DNA of 64,000 nt from Verrucomicrobiota bacterium (GTDB lineage Bacteria; Verrucomicrobiota; Verrucomicrobiia; Opitutales; Seribacteraceae). The stretch lies in the NCBI GenBank assembly GCA_027622665.1, contig JAQBYT010000017.1, forward strand, positions 9,210-73,209. Reading direction: 5' to 3'. A program made the position numbers and the translations under genes. How positions within the stretch are numbered: position 1 is the stretch's first letter; the number at the start of each line of letters is the position of its first letter. This document shows, in pieces, positions 47,734-57,345 of this stretch. A model generated the notes under the pieces. That model did no database searches and was not told where the DNA came from. It saw only the letters and a list, made by a program, of their open reading frames with translations.

Positions 47734-48655
47734 GAAACTCAGCTGCATTGCTCCCGATTGGTGGGACTACACCACGCTAGAGGATGATTTGATCAACGAC
47801 GCCGCAAAGCTGGCCGAGAAGGATTTGCTTGAATTGTCTCGCCCCGGATTCGAGGTGCGGATGTACGATACTCTGGAGGATTTTTACTTGGCCGAGGCCT
47901 TGGAATACCTCGAGTCATGGAAACAGTCCACGCCCGACAATCCTGCTGGCATTTGCGGACCGATCGGGCCTACCGAGCAGTTGCCTTTGGTCGCCAGATT
48001 GGTCAACGAACTGAGGGTTTCTCTCAAGGACGCGCATTTCTGGGGGATGGACGAGTGGTACGAAGACGGGAAAGAGGTCCCTGCTGATCACCCGTTATCC
48101 TTTGAAAAGGCGGATCGCGAATTGTGCTTCGACCGTATTCGTGAGGACTTGCGGCCACCTGAGCAAAATCTTCATTTTCCCAAGGCGGACGTCGCCGCTT
48201 ATCGGGAAAGCTGGAACGGTGCGCGCTGCGTAGTCATGCAGGGAGGGCAGGGCGACGTGAAGCACTGGGCCTTCAACGATCCCCTGCGTCGTGAAGGCGC
48301 CTATGAGGACGAGCCGCCGAGTCCCGAGGAATACCGCAAGCTTGCCACCCGTGTTGTGGAATTGCATCCCATCACCCTTTCCCAAAACGCACGTACCTCG
48401 GGAGGCGGGAACGTTACCATGGTTCCGCAACAGGCGATTACGGTCGGACCCCAAGAAACTTGGCAGGCGGAACGGGTCTCCATTTGGCATGCAGGTACGC
48501 ACGACAATCCGCTTGGGCAACGCCTTACCGCCTTGATGATCTCAAAGGGTATCGCCGACAGCGCCGTGCCGATGTCACTTCTGGCCGACCACCCGAACGT
48601 CCGCTTTAACTACTATCGTGGCGGCTTGGGTGCTTGTTCGGTGGAGATGCACTAA
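47726..48655 (+). CDS. Glucosamine-6-phosphate deaminase/isomerase (NagB)-like protein
   Basis: [30 protein letters not shown]. Confidence 0.8.
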   Translation: MPRKLSCIAPDWWDYTTLEDDLINDAAKLAEKDLLELSRPGFEVRMYDTLEDFYLAEALEYLESWKQSTPDNPAGICGPIGPTEQLPLVARLVNELRVSLKDAHFWGMDEWYEDGKEVPADHPLSFEKADRELCFDRIREDLRPPEQNLHFPKADVAAYRESWNGARCVVMQGGQGDVKHWAFNDPLRREGAYEDEPPSPEEYRKLATRVVELHPITLSQNARTSGGGNVTMVPQQAITVGPQETWQAERVSIWHAGTHDNPLGQRLTALMISKGIADSAVPMSLLADHPNVRFNYYRGGLGACSVEMH

Positions 48656-48819
48656 AGTTTATCTTGGGAGGCTCAGCCTTTGGGTAGCGAAAATATTTCG
48701 CCGATAAATGTCCTGAAATCGACGCACACTTCTATTCATTTGCTTAAGAATATCGTGACGGAGGCTGTCTTCCCTTGATTTTTTCTTATTTTGTTATTAA
48801 TTGATCCAAATTTTTTTTT

Positions 48820-48960
48820 ATGATTACGATCTCGGAAATTGCGTGGTGGCAGGTTCTACAACTGGCGGGTATCTCATCCATTGTCTTTGAGGCTTTGGAA
48901 GGGGAGGAACTTATGAGGGGTGAGGTCTTGGACCTCCTTTTCCGACGCGTTCGATCATGA
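48820..48960 (+). CDS. Possible 46-aa small protein
   Basis: MITISEIAWWQVLQLAGISSIVFEALEGEELMRGEVLDLLFRRVRS*; ATGA overlap with the next start. Confidence 0.2.
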   Translation: MITISEIAWWQVLQLAGISSIVFEALEGEELMRGEVLDLLFRRVRS

Positions 48961-50324
48961 GCAACAAGAAAGCCCGTTCTGTTTTCCGTGCCGCGGGAAA
49001 CTCCAAGCCTGTTTCCGAAAAAGTCCCTGAAATGGATCTTCGGCAGACTCAGTCTACAGTGCTTCTCCATCCGACTTTTCGCGTAGTTCGCGACATCTTT
49101 GCCAAGCGTTACGGCTTTGCTGTCTTCGCTTTAGTGGTTTTTTTAAGCGGCGCCTACTGGAGTTCTTCTTTTTTGTCGCCCGAGAAGCCGCTAATTGCGG
49201 AGAAGATGAATGCTCCTGCCAAGCCTTCTGGTTCACCCTCTAGAACTTCGCCTGCCTTGACTCAGCCCGAGGACTATTTCCCGGCGGCCGAGTTTAGCAA
49301 ACAATCGGCGATTCTCATTGGTTGCCAAGGACGTCTCCATCTCACGCCGAAGCTTTACCTTGATATCGCCAGAGCCATTGATCGCCGAGTTCCGCTTTTC
49401 GGGGTAGTCAATAGCACAGCGCAAGCCGAGCGAGGCGCCGAACTCATGAGAAGCAACGGTTTACCTGCAGACGCTATGCGATTTCTCGTCCTTCCTTGCA
49501 ATACCATGTGGATCCGCGACTACGCGCCCTGCATTGTGCGCGACGACGACGATACCGCCGTCGTCGTCGATGCGAAATACCAAACTCGTGACATGCGTGA
49601 AAACCGCAAGCAGGATGAACTTATGGGTCTTGAACTGGCTCGATTACTAGGCCTTCCTGCCCGATCCGTTCCCCTGTTGCTTGAAGGTGGCAACATGCTG
49701 AGCAACGGCGACGGGATGTTGTTCACCACGCCCAAGACCTTGGACCTCAACCAACAACGACATTATACCCAAAAACAACTAATGAGCATGTTTGACGACT
49801 ATTTGGGCGTGAGAGCCGTCTTTGCCGTCGGGGCACTTCAGGAGGAGCCCAATGGGCATGTCGACATGTTCATGTCGATGCTGGGTAAAAACCTCGCGGT
49901 AGTCGGAGAAATCACCCGCTCGGGTGACCCCGAAAACCGTGCTGTGCTCGATAAAAACGCTGAATACATTTCGAAGATAACAACTTCCGCTGGTCCGATT
50001 AAGGTCGTTCGCATCCCCATGCCTCCAAGGTCAGGTGACGACTGGCGCTCTTACACTAATGTAATCATGGCCAATGGTGTACTTTTGATGCCTTCGTATG
50101 CTGACGTGGATCCTGCCATCGAGAATCGTGCAGAAGCGGTGTACCGCTCCTTGTTGCCTGGATGGAGCGTCAAACGCATAAACTGCGACAAGTTGGTCTT
50201 TGATCACGGCCAACTGCACTGCATCAGCTATCACATACCGCATTTCGTGTCGATTGAAGGTCTGGTGGAGAACGCTATTCCGAAAGTCTCGAAAGTCGGA
50301 AAAACACTTGTCGTAAACAATTGA
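48957..50324 (+). CDS. Agmatine / peptidylarginine deiminase family protein with an N-terminal membrane anchor
   Basis: WIRDY, LEGGN, GHVD, SYTN, GQLHCI; hydrophobic FAVFALVVFLSGAYW. Confidence 0.88.
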   Translation: MSNKKARSVFRAAGNSKPVSEKVPEMDLRQTQSTVLLHPTFRVVRDIFAKRYGFAVFALVVFLSGAYWSSSFLSPEKPLIAEKMNAPAKPSGSPSRTSPALTQPEDYFPAAEFSKQSAILIGCQGRLHLTPKLYLDIARAIDRRVPLFGVVNSTAQAERGAELMRSNGLPADAMRFLVLPCNTMWIRDYAPCIVRDDDDTAVVVDAKYQTRDMRENRKQDELMGLELARLLGLPARSVPLLLEGGNMLSNGDGMLFTTPKTLDLNQQRHYTQKQLMSMFDDYLGVRAVFAVGALQEEPNGHVDMFMSMLGKNLAVVGEITRSGDPENRAVLDKNAEYISKITTSAGPIKVVRIPMPPRSGDDWRSYTNVIMANGVLLMPSYADVDPAIENRAEAVYRSLLPGWSVKRINCDKLVFDHGQLHCISYHIPHFVSIEGLVENAIPKVSKVGKTLVVNN

Positions 50325-50495
50325 GAATTAGGCACGACCACGATTGGCTTGAGTTAATACTATTCCTCTCGAAATCATCAGACTTGCTTTGTGGTGAGGT
50401 GAATGCCTAGGTCGGATTCTGCTTTTTGCCTTGGATGATCTTCTAGGGCAATAAATTGAGAGGTAATCCTGTCCCCTTCTTAAGCCTTGATTTAC

Positions 50496-51377
50496 TCATC
50501 CAGGGCTAGGTGGGGCTAGATAAATTCCTGCGAGTAGAAGAGCGGCTCCAAGGAAGCGCCTGACGAGAACTCCCTTTGGGGCACCCCCCTCGCTAATTCC
50601 GATAAATGATCCGAACCAAGCTACGAAAAGAATGCTCCATAGACCGCGGGAAGCGTAGAAGACATTGGCTTCGGTGGGCACGTCGAAGAAGCCGATTGCG
50701 ATAGACATCAGCATTGCCTGAAGCGCCATGGGGATACTTCCCAGAAGGAGCCATTTGTCGGCTTCTTTCCGCCAACCGAGGAAGGGGCCTTGGCTGACGG
50801 GAATTAGAAAAACGGAAAGGAGTCCTACCGTCGCCACCATCACGAAGAGTAAGTGAAACGGGTCGGTGGTCTTGGCGAAGTGTGGTACGAGGGCGTCAGT
50901 GAGTCCGAAACCGGCTGCGGTGAGGATGGCGAGCCCTAGACCGATCAAGGAGGGGCGGTAGTTCTTGGTAGGCCAACCGAGTAACACCACGGCGATTCCT
51001 GCGAGTCCGGCCGCCCACCAAGTCTCAGAGGGCAGGGAGTCCTTGAACCCGAGAAGGACAAGGAATACTGCAACGAAAAGGGATTTCGAGCCAAGGACGG
51101 GAGTGATGACGGAGGCTTCACCCCTACGCAAGGCAAGGAAGCAAGCTGCCTGCGAGGTGAAGAAGAGGAGACCGAGGAGGAGTCCGTTCTCCAGGGTCGA
51201 ATAAGTGAACGCTTGCTCGGCAAGGAAGGGGTATGGAATGAAAATGAGGGTGATGAGCCAGTTCGAGTAGGCGAGGGAACGAAAGGTGCCCGCACCCGTA
51301 TCCAGGGCTCTCTTGAAGAACAGCGCGGAAATGCCGTACAGGGCTCCCGCGACGAAAGCCAGCAGGAGAGGGGTCAT
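50496..51377 (-). CDS. DMT/EamA family transporter
   Basis: About 10 TM helices in two repeats; ALRRGEASVITP. Confidence 0.85.
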   Translation of the reverse strand: MTPLLLAFVAGALYGISALFFKRALDTGAGTFRSLAYSNWLITLIFIPYPFLAEQAFTYSTLENGLLLGLLFFTSQAACFLALRRGEASVITPVLGSKSLFVAVFLVLLGFKDSLPSETWWAAGLAGIAVVLLGWPTKNYRPSLIGLGLAILTAAGFGLTDALVPHFAKTTDPFHLLFVMVATVGLLSVFLIPVSQGPFLGWRKEADKWLLLGSIPMALQAMLMSIAIGFFDVPTEANVFYASRGLWSILFVAWFGSFIGISEGGAPKGVLVRRFLGAALLLAGIYLAPPSPG

Positions 51378-51396
51378 GTGGTCGAGGAAAGATTCC

Positions 51397-52779
51397 TCAA
51401 TTCGGTAATTTCATGAGACGGGGAGAGGCTTTTTCCACCCAACCGGCTTTGCGCTGTCCTTTGCCTGGTTTGTCAACGTCGCCAAGTTCCGACCGGGCTT
51501 TTTCGGCGAGCGCCAGCAGGCGTTTAACCACATCCGGATGATCGGGCGACACCTCCGTCGTCTCCCCTATGTCTTTATCGAGATCGTACAGTTGTTGGGG
51601 CGCCTTGCCTTCGGGTTTGCCCCAGTTGCGTTTTTTGCTCTCAAGGGCGAGGTGAAGCTTCCACTTTCCCGCCCTAACGCATTGGAGTTGGTCCATCTGG
51701 TAATAGTAAAAGGCCTCGTGCTTGGACTTGGCGCCTTTTTCGCCAAGCAGAATGTCGCTCGCGTCATGCCCGTCGATGGTCTTTTCGGGCAAGGGTACTC
51801 CGGCTAGCTTGGCGAAGGTGGGAAGGAAGTCCAGTGTTGAAATGATTTCGGAACTTTCGGAACCTTCGGGAATCTTGCCCGGCCATCTCGCGACGCAGGG
51901 TACTCGTTGCCCGCCTTCCCACGTTTGTCCTTTACGTCCACGCAGGGGAAAGTTGCTGCCCTTTTGCTGTGAGCCGTTGTCCGAGGTGAAGAGAACCATG
52001 GTGTTTTCATCCACACCCGTGTTTTTGAGAGCCTTGAGTATTTCCCCCGTTGACCAGTCGATTTCCTCAATCGTGTCCCCATAGCGACCGCGTTCGGATT
52101 TGCCTTTGAATCTTGAGCTGGCGAAAAGCGGGACATGGGGGAAAGTATGCGGTAGGTAGACGAGGAACGGTTTGTCTTTGTTCGCGTAGATGAAGTTGAC
52201 TACTTCCTTGGTGTAACGAGGGGTGAGCATCGGTTGGTCGACGGGAGACTCGATAACTCTTTCATTTCTAAGAAGGGGCAACGGCACCTCTTTGCGATTC
52301 ATGTCGTTTGAATACGGAATTCCGAAGTAGGAATCGAAGCCCTGTTTGTGAGGCAGGAAGTTCGGGTGATCACCCACATGCCATTTTCCCACGCAAATGG
52401 TGGCGTAGTCCTTGGCCTTCAACGTTTCCGCTATTGTCGTTTCCTCCGGGTTCAATCCCTTTCGATCCGCGGGGAACAGTACGCAAAGGTTCTCGTGGTT
52501 CACGTGCATGTTCACGCGTCTGGGATAACACCCCGTGAGTAAGCTGGAACGCGAGGGTGTGCACACGCTGCAGGTGGAGTAGAAGCTCGTCAGTCGCATG
52601 CCTTCGGCGGCCATGCGATCGATGTTGGGAGTCTTGATCTTCTTTGCCCCGAAGCATCCGAGATCGGCATAACCCAAGTCGTCGCAGAAGATGACCACGA
52701 AATTGGGAGGCCTGTCCTCGGCTCTGGCGGAGAGTGTTAAGGTAAACCAGAAAACCAGTACAAGGAAACGACTGTTCAT
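51397..52779 (-). CDS. Formylglycine-dependent sulfatase (S1)
   Basis: DDLG, CTPSRSSLLTG, GKWH, SDNG; signal peptide. Confidence 0.96.
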   Translation of the reverse strand: MNSRFLVLVFWFTLTLSARAEDRPPNFVVIFCDDLGYADLGCFGAKKIKTPNIDRMAAEGMRLTSFYSTCSVCTPSRSSLLTGCYPRRVNMHVNHENLCVLFPADRKGLNPEETTIAETLKAKDYATICVGKWHVGDHPNFLPHKQGFDSYFGIPYSNDMNRKEVPLPLLRNERVIESPVDQPMLTPRYTKEVVNFIYANKDKPFLVYLPHTFPHVPLFASSRFKGKSERGRYGDTIEEIDWSTGEILKALKNTGVDENTMVLFTSDNGSQQKGSNFPLRGRKGQTWEGGQRVPCVARWPGKIPEGSESSEIISTLDFLPTFAKLAGVPLPEKTIDGHDASDILLGEKGAKSKHEAFYYYQMDQLQCVRAGKWKLHLALESKKRNWGKPEGKAPQQLYDLDKDIGETTEVSPDHPDVVKRLLALAEKARSELGDVDKPGKGQRKAGWVEKASPRLMKLPN

Positions 52780-52805
52780 CTCTAAATACTCTGCCTGTGC
52801 TTAAA

Positions 52806-53765
52806 CTACTTTAAGAATTCTTTACTAAGGGCAGCGCACTCGTCGGATGTGCGTTCGCCTTGCTTGATGACCAGTCGATATTTTATGGACAAGGATTTGC
52901 TCGGGGTGATCTCCGTCTTGAAGTAGGAACCGAAACGCCCGTAGTCGCGCTCGCTGTAGAAGGATGGTTTCGGGTTGGATGGGTGATCCAAGTAGACGGT
53001 GAAGTAGCGCTTCCCTCCAACTACGATGCTTTGCCCCTTCCACGGGAGGTCCTTCATGTCCTTATTGCCGGGCCAGTTCTTGGTTTTACCTTCGGAACCC
53101 TTCCCATCGTTCGGGCGGACATAGTAAGTTTGCTTGCCCGTGGATGCGGCCACCTCGTTGGAAGCGCGAAACTGAAAGCCTGCGTGCTGGGGGTCGCCGT
53201 CGAGACTGACCTTGTCCTGCGTTGTGCTTAGATTGGATTCGAAGTCCACTTGCAAGGAGCCGTCCTCTCGGTGGGAAAAGGTGAGCTGGCGATGCTCGGT
53301 GGCGAACACGGCGCCGTCATCCACCCGCCATGCGATCTCCGTTTTTTGGACGGCCTTGTCTCCGCCTTCTTGAGCGAGGAACTTTTCATGCGTTTGGTAA
53401 CCGCCTCTGCAGTGCCAGGTGTCGACTCCAACCTTCTTGCCGTTCTTGTTTTGCGCGGAGCACTTGGAGAACCCAAAGTATATGCCGCGATGGTGTGTGA
53501 ATTTTCCGCCGGGGCCCTTGGTGAGGAACTCTTTGCCATCGGATTGGTAGACGTGATGGAATGGCTTATAGGTGCGCTCGCGGTCATTGGGATCCATGCG
53601 CTCGTAGACGTAGCGGGCAATGTTCTTTCCGTCTTTTTGCAGGTCGACGTGTTTGCCGGGTTCGTCCTTCCAAGAGAAACCCTTTTCTGCAAATGCCGAG
53701 GGCATGGCGTTGATACATAGGATCACGATGAGGGAGGCCGAAAGGGAAAGGGTTTTATTGCTCAT
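52806..53765 (-). CDS. Secreted DUF6807 ('PmoA family') protein
   Basis: KPFHHV, HHRGIYFG, GFQFR, DHPSNP, RDYGRFG; start MSNKTL at 53765. Confidence 0.75.
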   Translation of the reverse strand: MSNKTLSLSASLIVILCINAMPSAFAEKGFSWKDEPGKHVDLQKDGKNIARYVYERMDPNDRERTYKPFHHVYQSDGKEFLTKGPGGKFTHHRGIYFGFSKCSAQNKNGKKVGVDTWHCRGGYQTHEKFLAQEGGDKAVQKTEIAWRVDDGAVFATEHRQLTFSHREDGSLQVDFESNLSTTQDKVSLDGDPQHAGFQFRASNEVAASTGKQTYYVRPNDGKGSEGKTKNWPGNKDMKDLPWKGQSIVVGGKRYFTVYLDHPSNPKPSFYSERDYGRFGSYFKTEITPSKSLSIKYRLVIKQGERTSDECAALSKEFLK

Positions 53766-53891
53766 GATTGTTGTTCTTGGATTGTTGTCGAAAAGGTGGT
53801 TCAGCAAATGCTTGGTTGCTCTCTTTTCCAAGCGTAATCTTGGGTTTCCTTATTTTAAGATTTTAATGAAACTGCTCAAACGAAACTGGTA

Positions 53892-54878
53892 TTGCATTCA
53901 ATTATAGTTATTTTGAATTCCGTGATTTATAGATATCTACCGTTTTTCTCTCTTTCTTCCTTCGTGATTCCGGCGACTGCCCAAATAGACTTCCAAAAGG
54001 AGGTCTTGCCCATATTGCAGGATCGCTGCATTGAGTGCCACAAAGCGCCCTACGAGCAAAACGGTAAATTGAAGAAGCCCAAGGCGGGACTTCGTCTCGA
54101 TGGCGGCGTTCACATCCTTCACGGTGGCGACGACGGCAAGGTGATTGCCCCCAATCACCCCAGTGAAAGTCCTTTGTATCGACGAATCACGCTTCCGTCG
54201 GATGACGACGACGTGATGCCGCCCAAGGGCGATCCTCTCACCTCCTCTCAGCAGGAAGTGATTCGCAAGTGGATTGCCCAAGGAGTAGATTTCGGCACTT
54301 GGGTAGGCGCCACTGATGGAGCCGAAAAGTACGTCGATGGAGTTCAGGCTAAAGTTGAATATTCCCCTTCTTACCACAAGTTTTACGATGAAGTGGCCAA
54401 GGGCTTGAAGCCACTACCCGAGGAAACATTGAGCAAAGTTCGTGAAAGCACTGGAGCCTTGGTTCGTTCCATCGGGATAGGAAGCTCCTTGCTTGAAGTA
54501 CGTTTCCTCGCAGAGTCAGCAAGCTCCGGAGACGAGGATCTCGCCAAGCTAGCGCCCCTTCGGCAGCACATCTGCAAGCTCGACCTCGCTCGTACCAAAG
54601 TGACGAGCGAATGTTTCGCGACCCTCAAGACCTTTCCGCGCATTACGCGCCTTGATCTGAGAGATACAAAGGTTTCCGACGCCAATCTCGAGGAATTGTC
54701 GGGATTGAAGTACTTGAGCTACCTAAATCTTGGAGGAACTGAGGTAGGTGACGCAGGTCTTCGCAAACTTGGCAAGTGCAAGAGCCTGCGCGAGATCTAC
54801 CTATGGAAGAGCTCTGCGACCAGTCAAGGCGCAGAAGCCCTCCGCAAACGAATCCCCGAGTTAAAAACTCGGATTTAA
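53892..54878 (+). CDS. Planctomycete-type cytochrome c domain fused to leucine-rich repeats
   Basis: IDFQKEVLPILQDRCIECH...GLRLD...MPP...WIAQG, then LDLxxTxVxDxxL repeats; start uncertain. Confidence 0.88.
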   Translation: MHSIIVILNSVIYRYLPFFSLSSFVIPATAQIDFQKEVLPILQDRCIECHKAPYEQNGKLKKPKAGLRLDGGVHILHGGDDGKVIAPNHPSESPLYRRITLPSDDDDVMPPKGDPLTSSQQEVIRKWIAQGVDFGTWVGATDGAEKYVDGVQAKVEYSPSYHKFYDEVAKGLKPLPEETLSKVRESTGALVRSIGIGSSLLEVRFLAESASSGDEDLAKLAPLRQHICKLDLARTKVTSECFATLKTFPRITRLDLRDTKVSDANLEELSGLKYLSYLNLGGTEVGDAGLRKLGKCKSLREIYLWKSSATSQGAEALRKRIPELKTRI

Positions 54879-54891
54879 GGCAAGTGCAACT

Positions 54892-56094
54892 TTAGCCGCC
54901 GAACTTCCAGAGGTGGGCGTCGGAGCGGATGTAGAGGGCGTTGCCCGAAATCGCCGGAGTGCAGAGGATGGTTTCCTTGAGATCGACGGTGGAGACCACT
55001 TTACCCTCTTCGCCGGAGAGGTCGACCACTTGGCCTAATCCATTCTCGCTAAATACGTAGAAGTGCGTCTTGTTTGCTACGGGTGACCCACTAAAGGGTC
55101 CCTTGAGTCGAAGACGCCAACCGAGTTCTCCGTTGGAAGGATTGGCCGACGTAAGAACGTTTGCTTTGTTCAGCACGTAAATCTTATCCCCTGCCACTAC
55201 GGGACTTGCCGTGCCGGGTGCGAGTTTATTGGCTCGCCAAAGCTGGGTGTGAGAATGTCCGTCTTCGCGGGGTTTGACAGCGGTGAGACCGTTGGAGGGA
55301 ATGAACAAACTGTCTCCCATTACGGTCGTGGAAGGTATTGTGGCAGCTCCTTCTTCGTATTTCCAGCGATCCTTTCCCGTTTTGGGTTCGAGAACCAGCA
55401 ACCCTTTGCCGGACTGGAGGACTACGAGTTCTTCTCCCTTTCCGCCTTTAAAAACCGTGGGGGAGGTCCAGTTGGCTCCTTTGGGTCGAGATTTACGCCA
55501 GAGGGTCTTGCCCGTCTCAAGGTCAAGTCCTGCGGAAAAGGAGTCGGCGTCGTTTTCCACTTGGGTGACGAACACGCCACTGGCTATTACCGGTGAGGAC
55601 GACATCCCCAAGCTGTTCGCCGCGTTGGGGTAGTCGAGGGTCAACCCTCGGAGCCACTTGAGGTTGCCGGCCAGATCGAGGCAGAAAACATCGTTCGATG
55701 AGAACTGGGCCACTACCACTTTCCCATCACTCACTGCGGTAGGGGCTGCGACGCAGGTCTTCTTGTGACAAACGGTTCGTCCGGTAGCTTGAAATTGGCG
55801 TTCCCAAATGGTCTCGCCGTTCTTGGCGTTTATTGCAAAGATGTGAAGGCGTTCTTGCCGAGGACCACTGGAGGCAGTGAGGAAGACGCTATCCCCAACC
55901 ACTATGGGACTGGAGAGACCTCTGCCCGGAAGACCCACCTTCCAGGATATGCTTTTGTCACCGTCCAACTTGGTGGGGAGACCGGGTTCGTTGGCGAACC
56001 CGTTGCCCGCGGAACCACGAAAGGAGGTCCAGTCGGCGTTGGCGCAGCAAAGGGGTGAAATCAGAATTAGTTGAATCGCAAATAGGTTTTTCAT
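54892..56094 (-). CDS. Secreted PQQ-like beta-propeller repeat protein
   Basis: DWTSFRG, GLSSPIV, SSP, TPAI...LYIR. Confidence 0.9.
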   Translation of the reverse strand: MKNLFAIQLILISPLCCANADWTSFRGSAGNGFANEPGLPTKLDGDKSISWKVGLPGRGLSSPIVVGDSVFLTASSGPRQERLHIFAINAKNGETIWERQFQATGRTVCHKKTCVAAPTAVSDGKVVVAQFSSNDVFCLDLAGNLKWLRGLTLDYPNAANSLGMSSSPVIASGVFVTQVENDADSFSAGLDLETGKTLWRKSRPKGANWTSPTVFKGGKGEELVVLQSGKGLLVLEPKTGKDRWKYEEGAATIPSTTVMGDSLFIPSNGLTAVKPREDGHSHTQLWRANKLAPGTASPVVAGDKIYVLNKANVLTSANPSNGELGWRLRLKGPFSGSPVANKTHFYVFSENGLGQVVDLSGEEGKVVSTVDLKETILCTPAISGNALYIRSDAHLWKFGG

Positions 56095-56113
56095 AACTTT
56101 CTTCTACTGGGGG

Positions 56114-57253
56114 TCAGCGCTTGGTGGCGGAAGTTTTCGGCGTGGGCAACCTGTTGTCGGCGAGAACTGCGGTGCCCGATGCATCGGTTACTCGAAGCTG
56201 GAATTCCCATTGCTTAGTCCAGCTTTGTTCTTGTTCGTTTTGACAAGATTTTACGAGGATTTCGTTTTTCCCTTTCTTGAGCTTGGCCGAGAATACGTAC
56301 TGATCTATGCGCTGACCTCGATGGTATTCGTCGCGGGCGAATAGAAGCTCCCCATTCAGCCAAACCTTCCATGCATTCTTGCAACCCAGTCGGAATTGCA
56401 ACTCGCGATCCTCTGACAGTTGGAAGGTGTTGTGGGCGTAGGCAACGACTTGCTTCAGCTCTCCGTATTCTAGGTTTATGTCGACCTTTCCGTATTGGTC
56501 GGAGGTGGAAAAGTCGGTCCACTTCACCTTGCCCTTCTTGCCTTCGTAGCTGGCGGACAAATCAATCTTTCCTTCGGGCGGATAGGGGATGTTGAAACCC
56601 TTGCGGTCGGTGTTGTCGAAGGGGCCGATCACTTTCCATCGCATCAGGAATCCCATGATCTTGGGCAGGTCTACCTCGCGTTTCTTTTCTCGCAAGGCTT
56701 TGGCTGTAAGCTCGATTTGGTCTACGTCGCGAGCGGCGTACAACGCTTTTTCGTAGAGGGAGCAAGCGGACTTCTCGTCGCTTTCCGCAATAGCGTCCTC
56801 GATGATCAAGGCCACCGCATCACGGCGTAATTCCGGGGCCGGGTCGTCGATGAAACCGGGGACCAGTTTTGCTGCGCGTTTTGGGGAAGCCTTTTGGATC
56901 AGCTCGAAGGCTAAGCGCCTTGAAGCCGGAATGTGCTTGGTGTTCGCGAGAAAATCGTTCAATTCTTTGGTCGGCAGCTTCTTGCCTTCCTTCAGGGTTC
57001 GCTGGACGATTGTGTCCACCGCCGCCCGCAGCCAATTTTGGCCAATGCCGCTTGCCTTGTCCATGGCCGTTAGCAAATAGGGTAGGGCTTCCGCTCCAAG
57101 GGCAGCTACTTTCGGCCAAGCTTTGGCGGCTGCTTGATTGCCTTTGGCCATGGGACCCACGGCGACGAGGGTGGCGACCGGGTCGTCGATCGTCTTAGCG
57201 ATCAGGACCGGGAACACATTTACAAATAACAGCAGGTACGGGATTTTCTTCAT
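56114..57253 (-). CDS. Secreted hypothetical protein (helical/HEAT-like N-terminus, jelly-roll-like C-terminus)
   Basis: Signal-like start; DDP.PELRRDAV; WKVIGPF...VWLNG...LKKGKNEILVK. Confidence 0.75.
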   Translation of the reverse strand: MKKIPYLLLFVNVFPVLIAKTIDDPVATLVAVGPMAKGNQAAAKAWPKVAALGAEALPYLLTAMDKASGIGQNWLRAAVDTIVQRTLKEGKKLPTKELNDFLANTKHIPASRRLAFELIQKASPKRAAKLVPGFIDDPAPELRRDAVALIIEDAIAESDEKSACSLYEKALYAARDVDQIELTAKALREKKREVDLPKIMGFLMRWKVIGPFDNTDRKGFNIPYPPEGKIDLSASYEGKKGKVKWTDFSTSDQYGKVDINLEYGELKQVVAYAHNTFQLSEDRELQFRLGCKNAWKVWLNGELLFARDEYHRGQRIDQYVFSAKLKKGKNEILVKSCQNEQEQSWTKQWEFQLRVTDASGTAVLADNRLPTPKTSATKR

Positions 57254-57345
57254 CGCTTCGTATTAAATAGGAGTCTTGGATAAGAAGTATTTCTTGTATA
57301 CATGAAGGTCTTTACGGGAACTTCTTCAAGGCAAATATTTCCTCC

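Noticed and set aside
52806..53765. Methane monooxygenase (PmoA) interpretation
   Set aside because: Soluble secreted beta-rich protein with no TM helices and no pmoB/pmoC; the family label is not evidence of methanotrophy.
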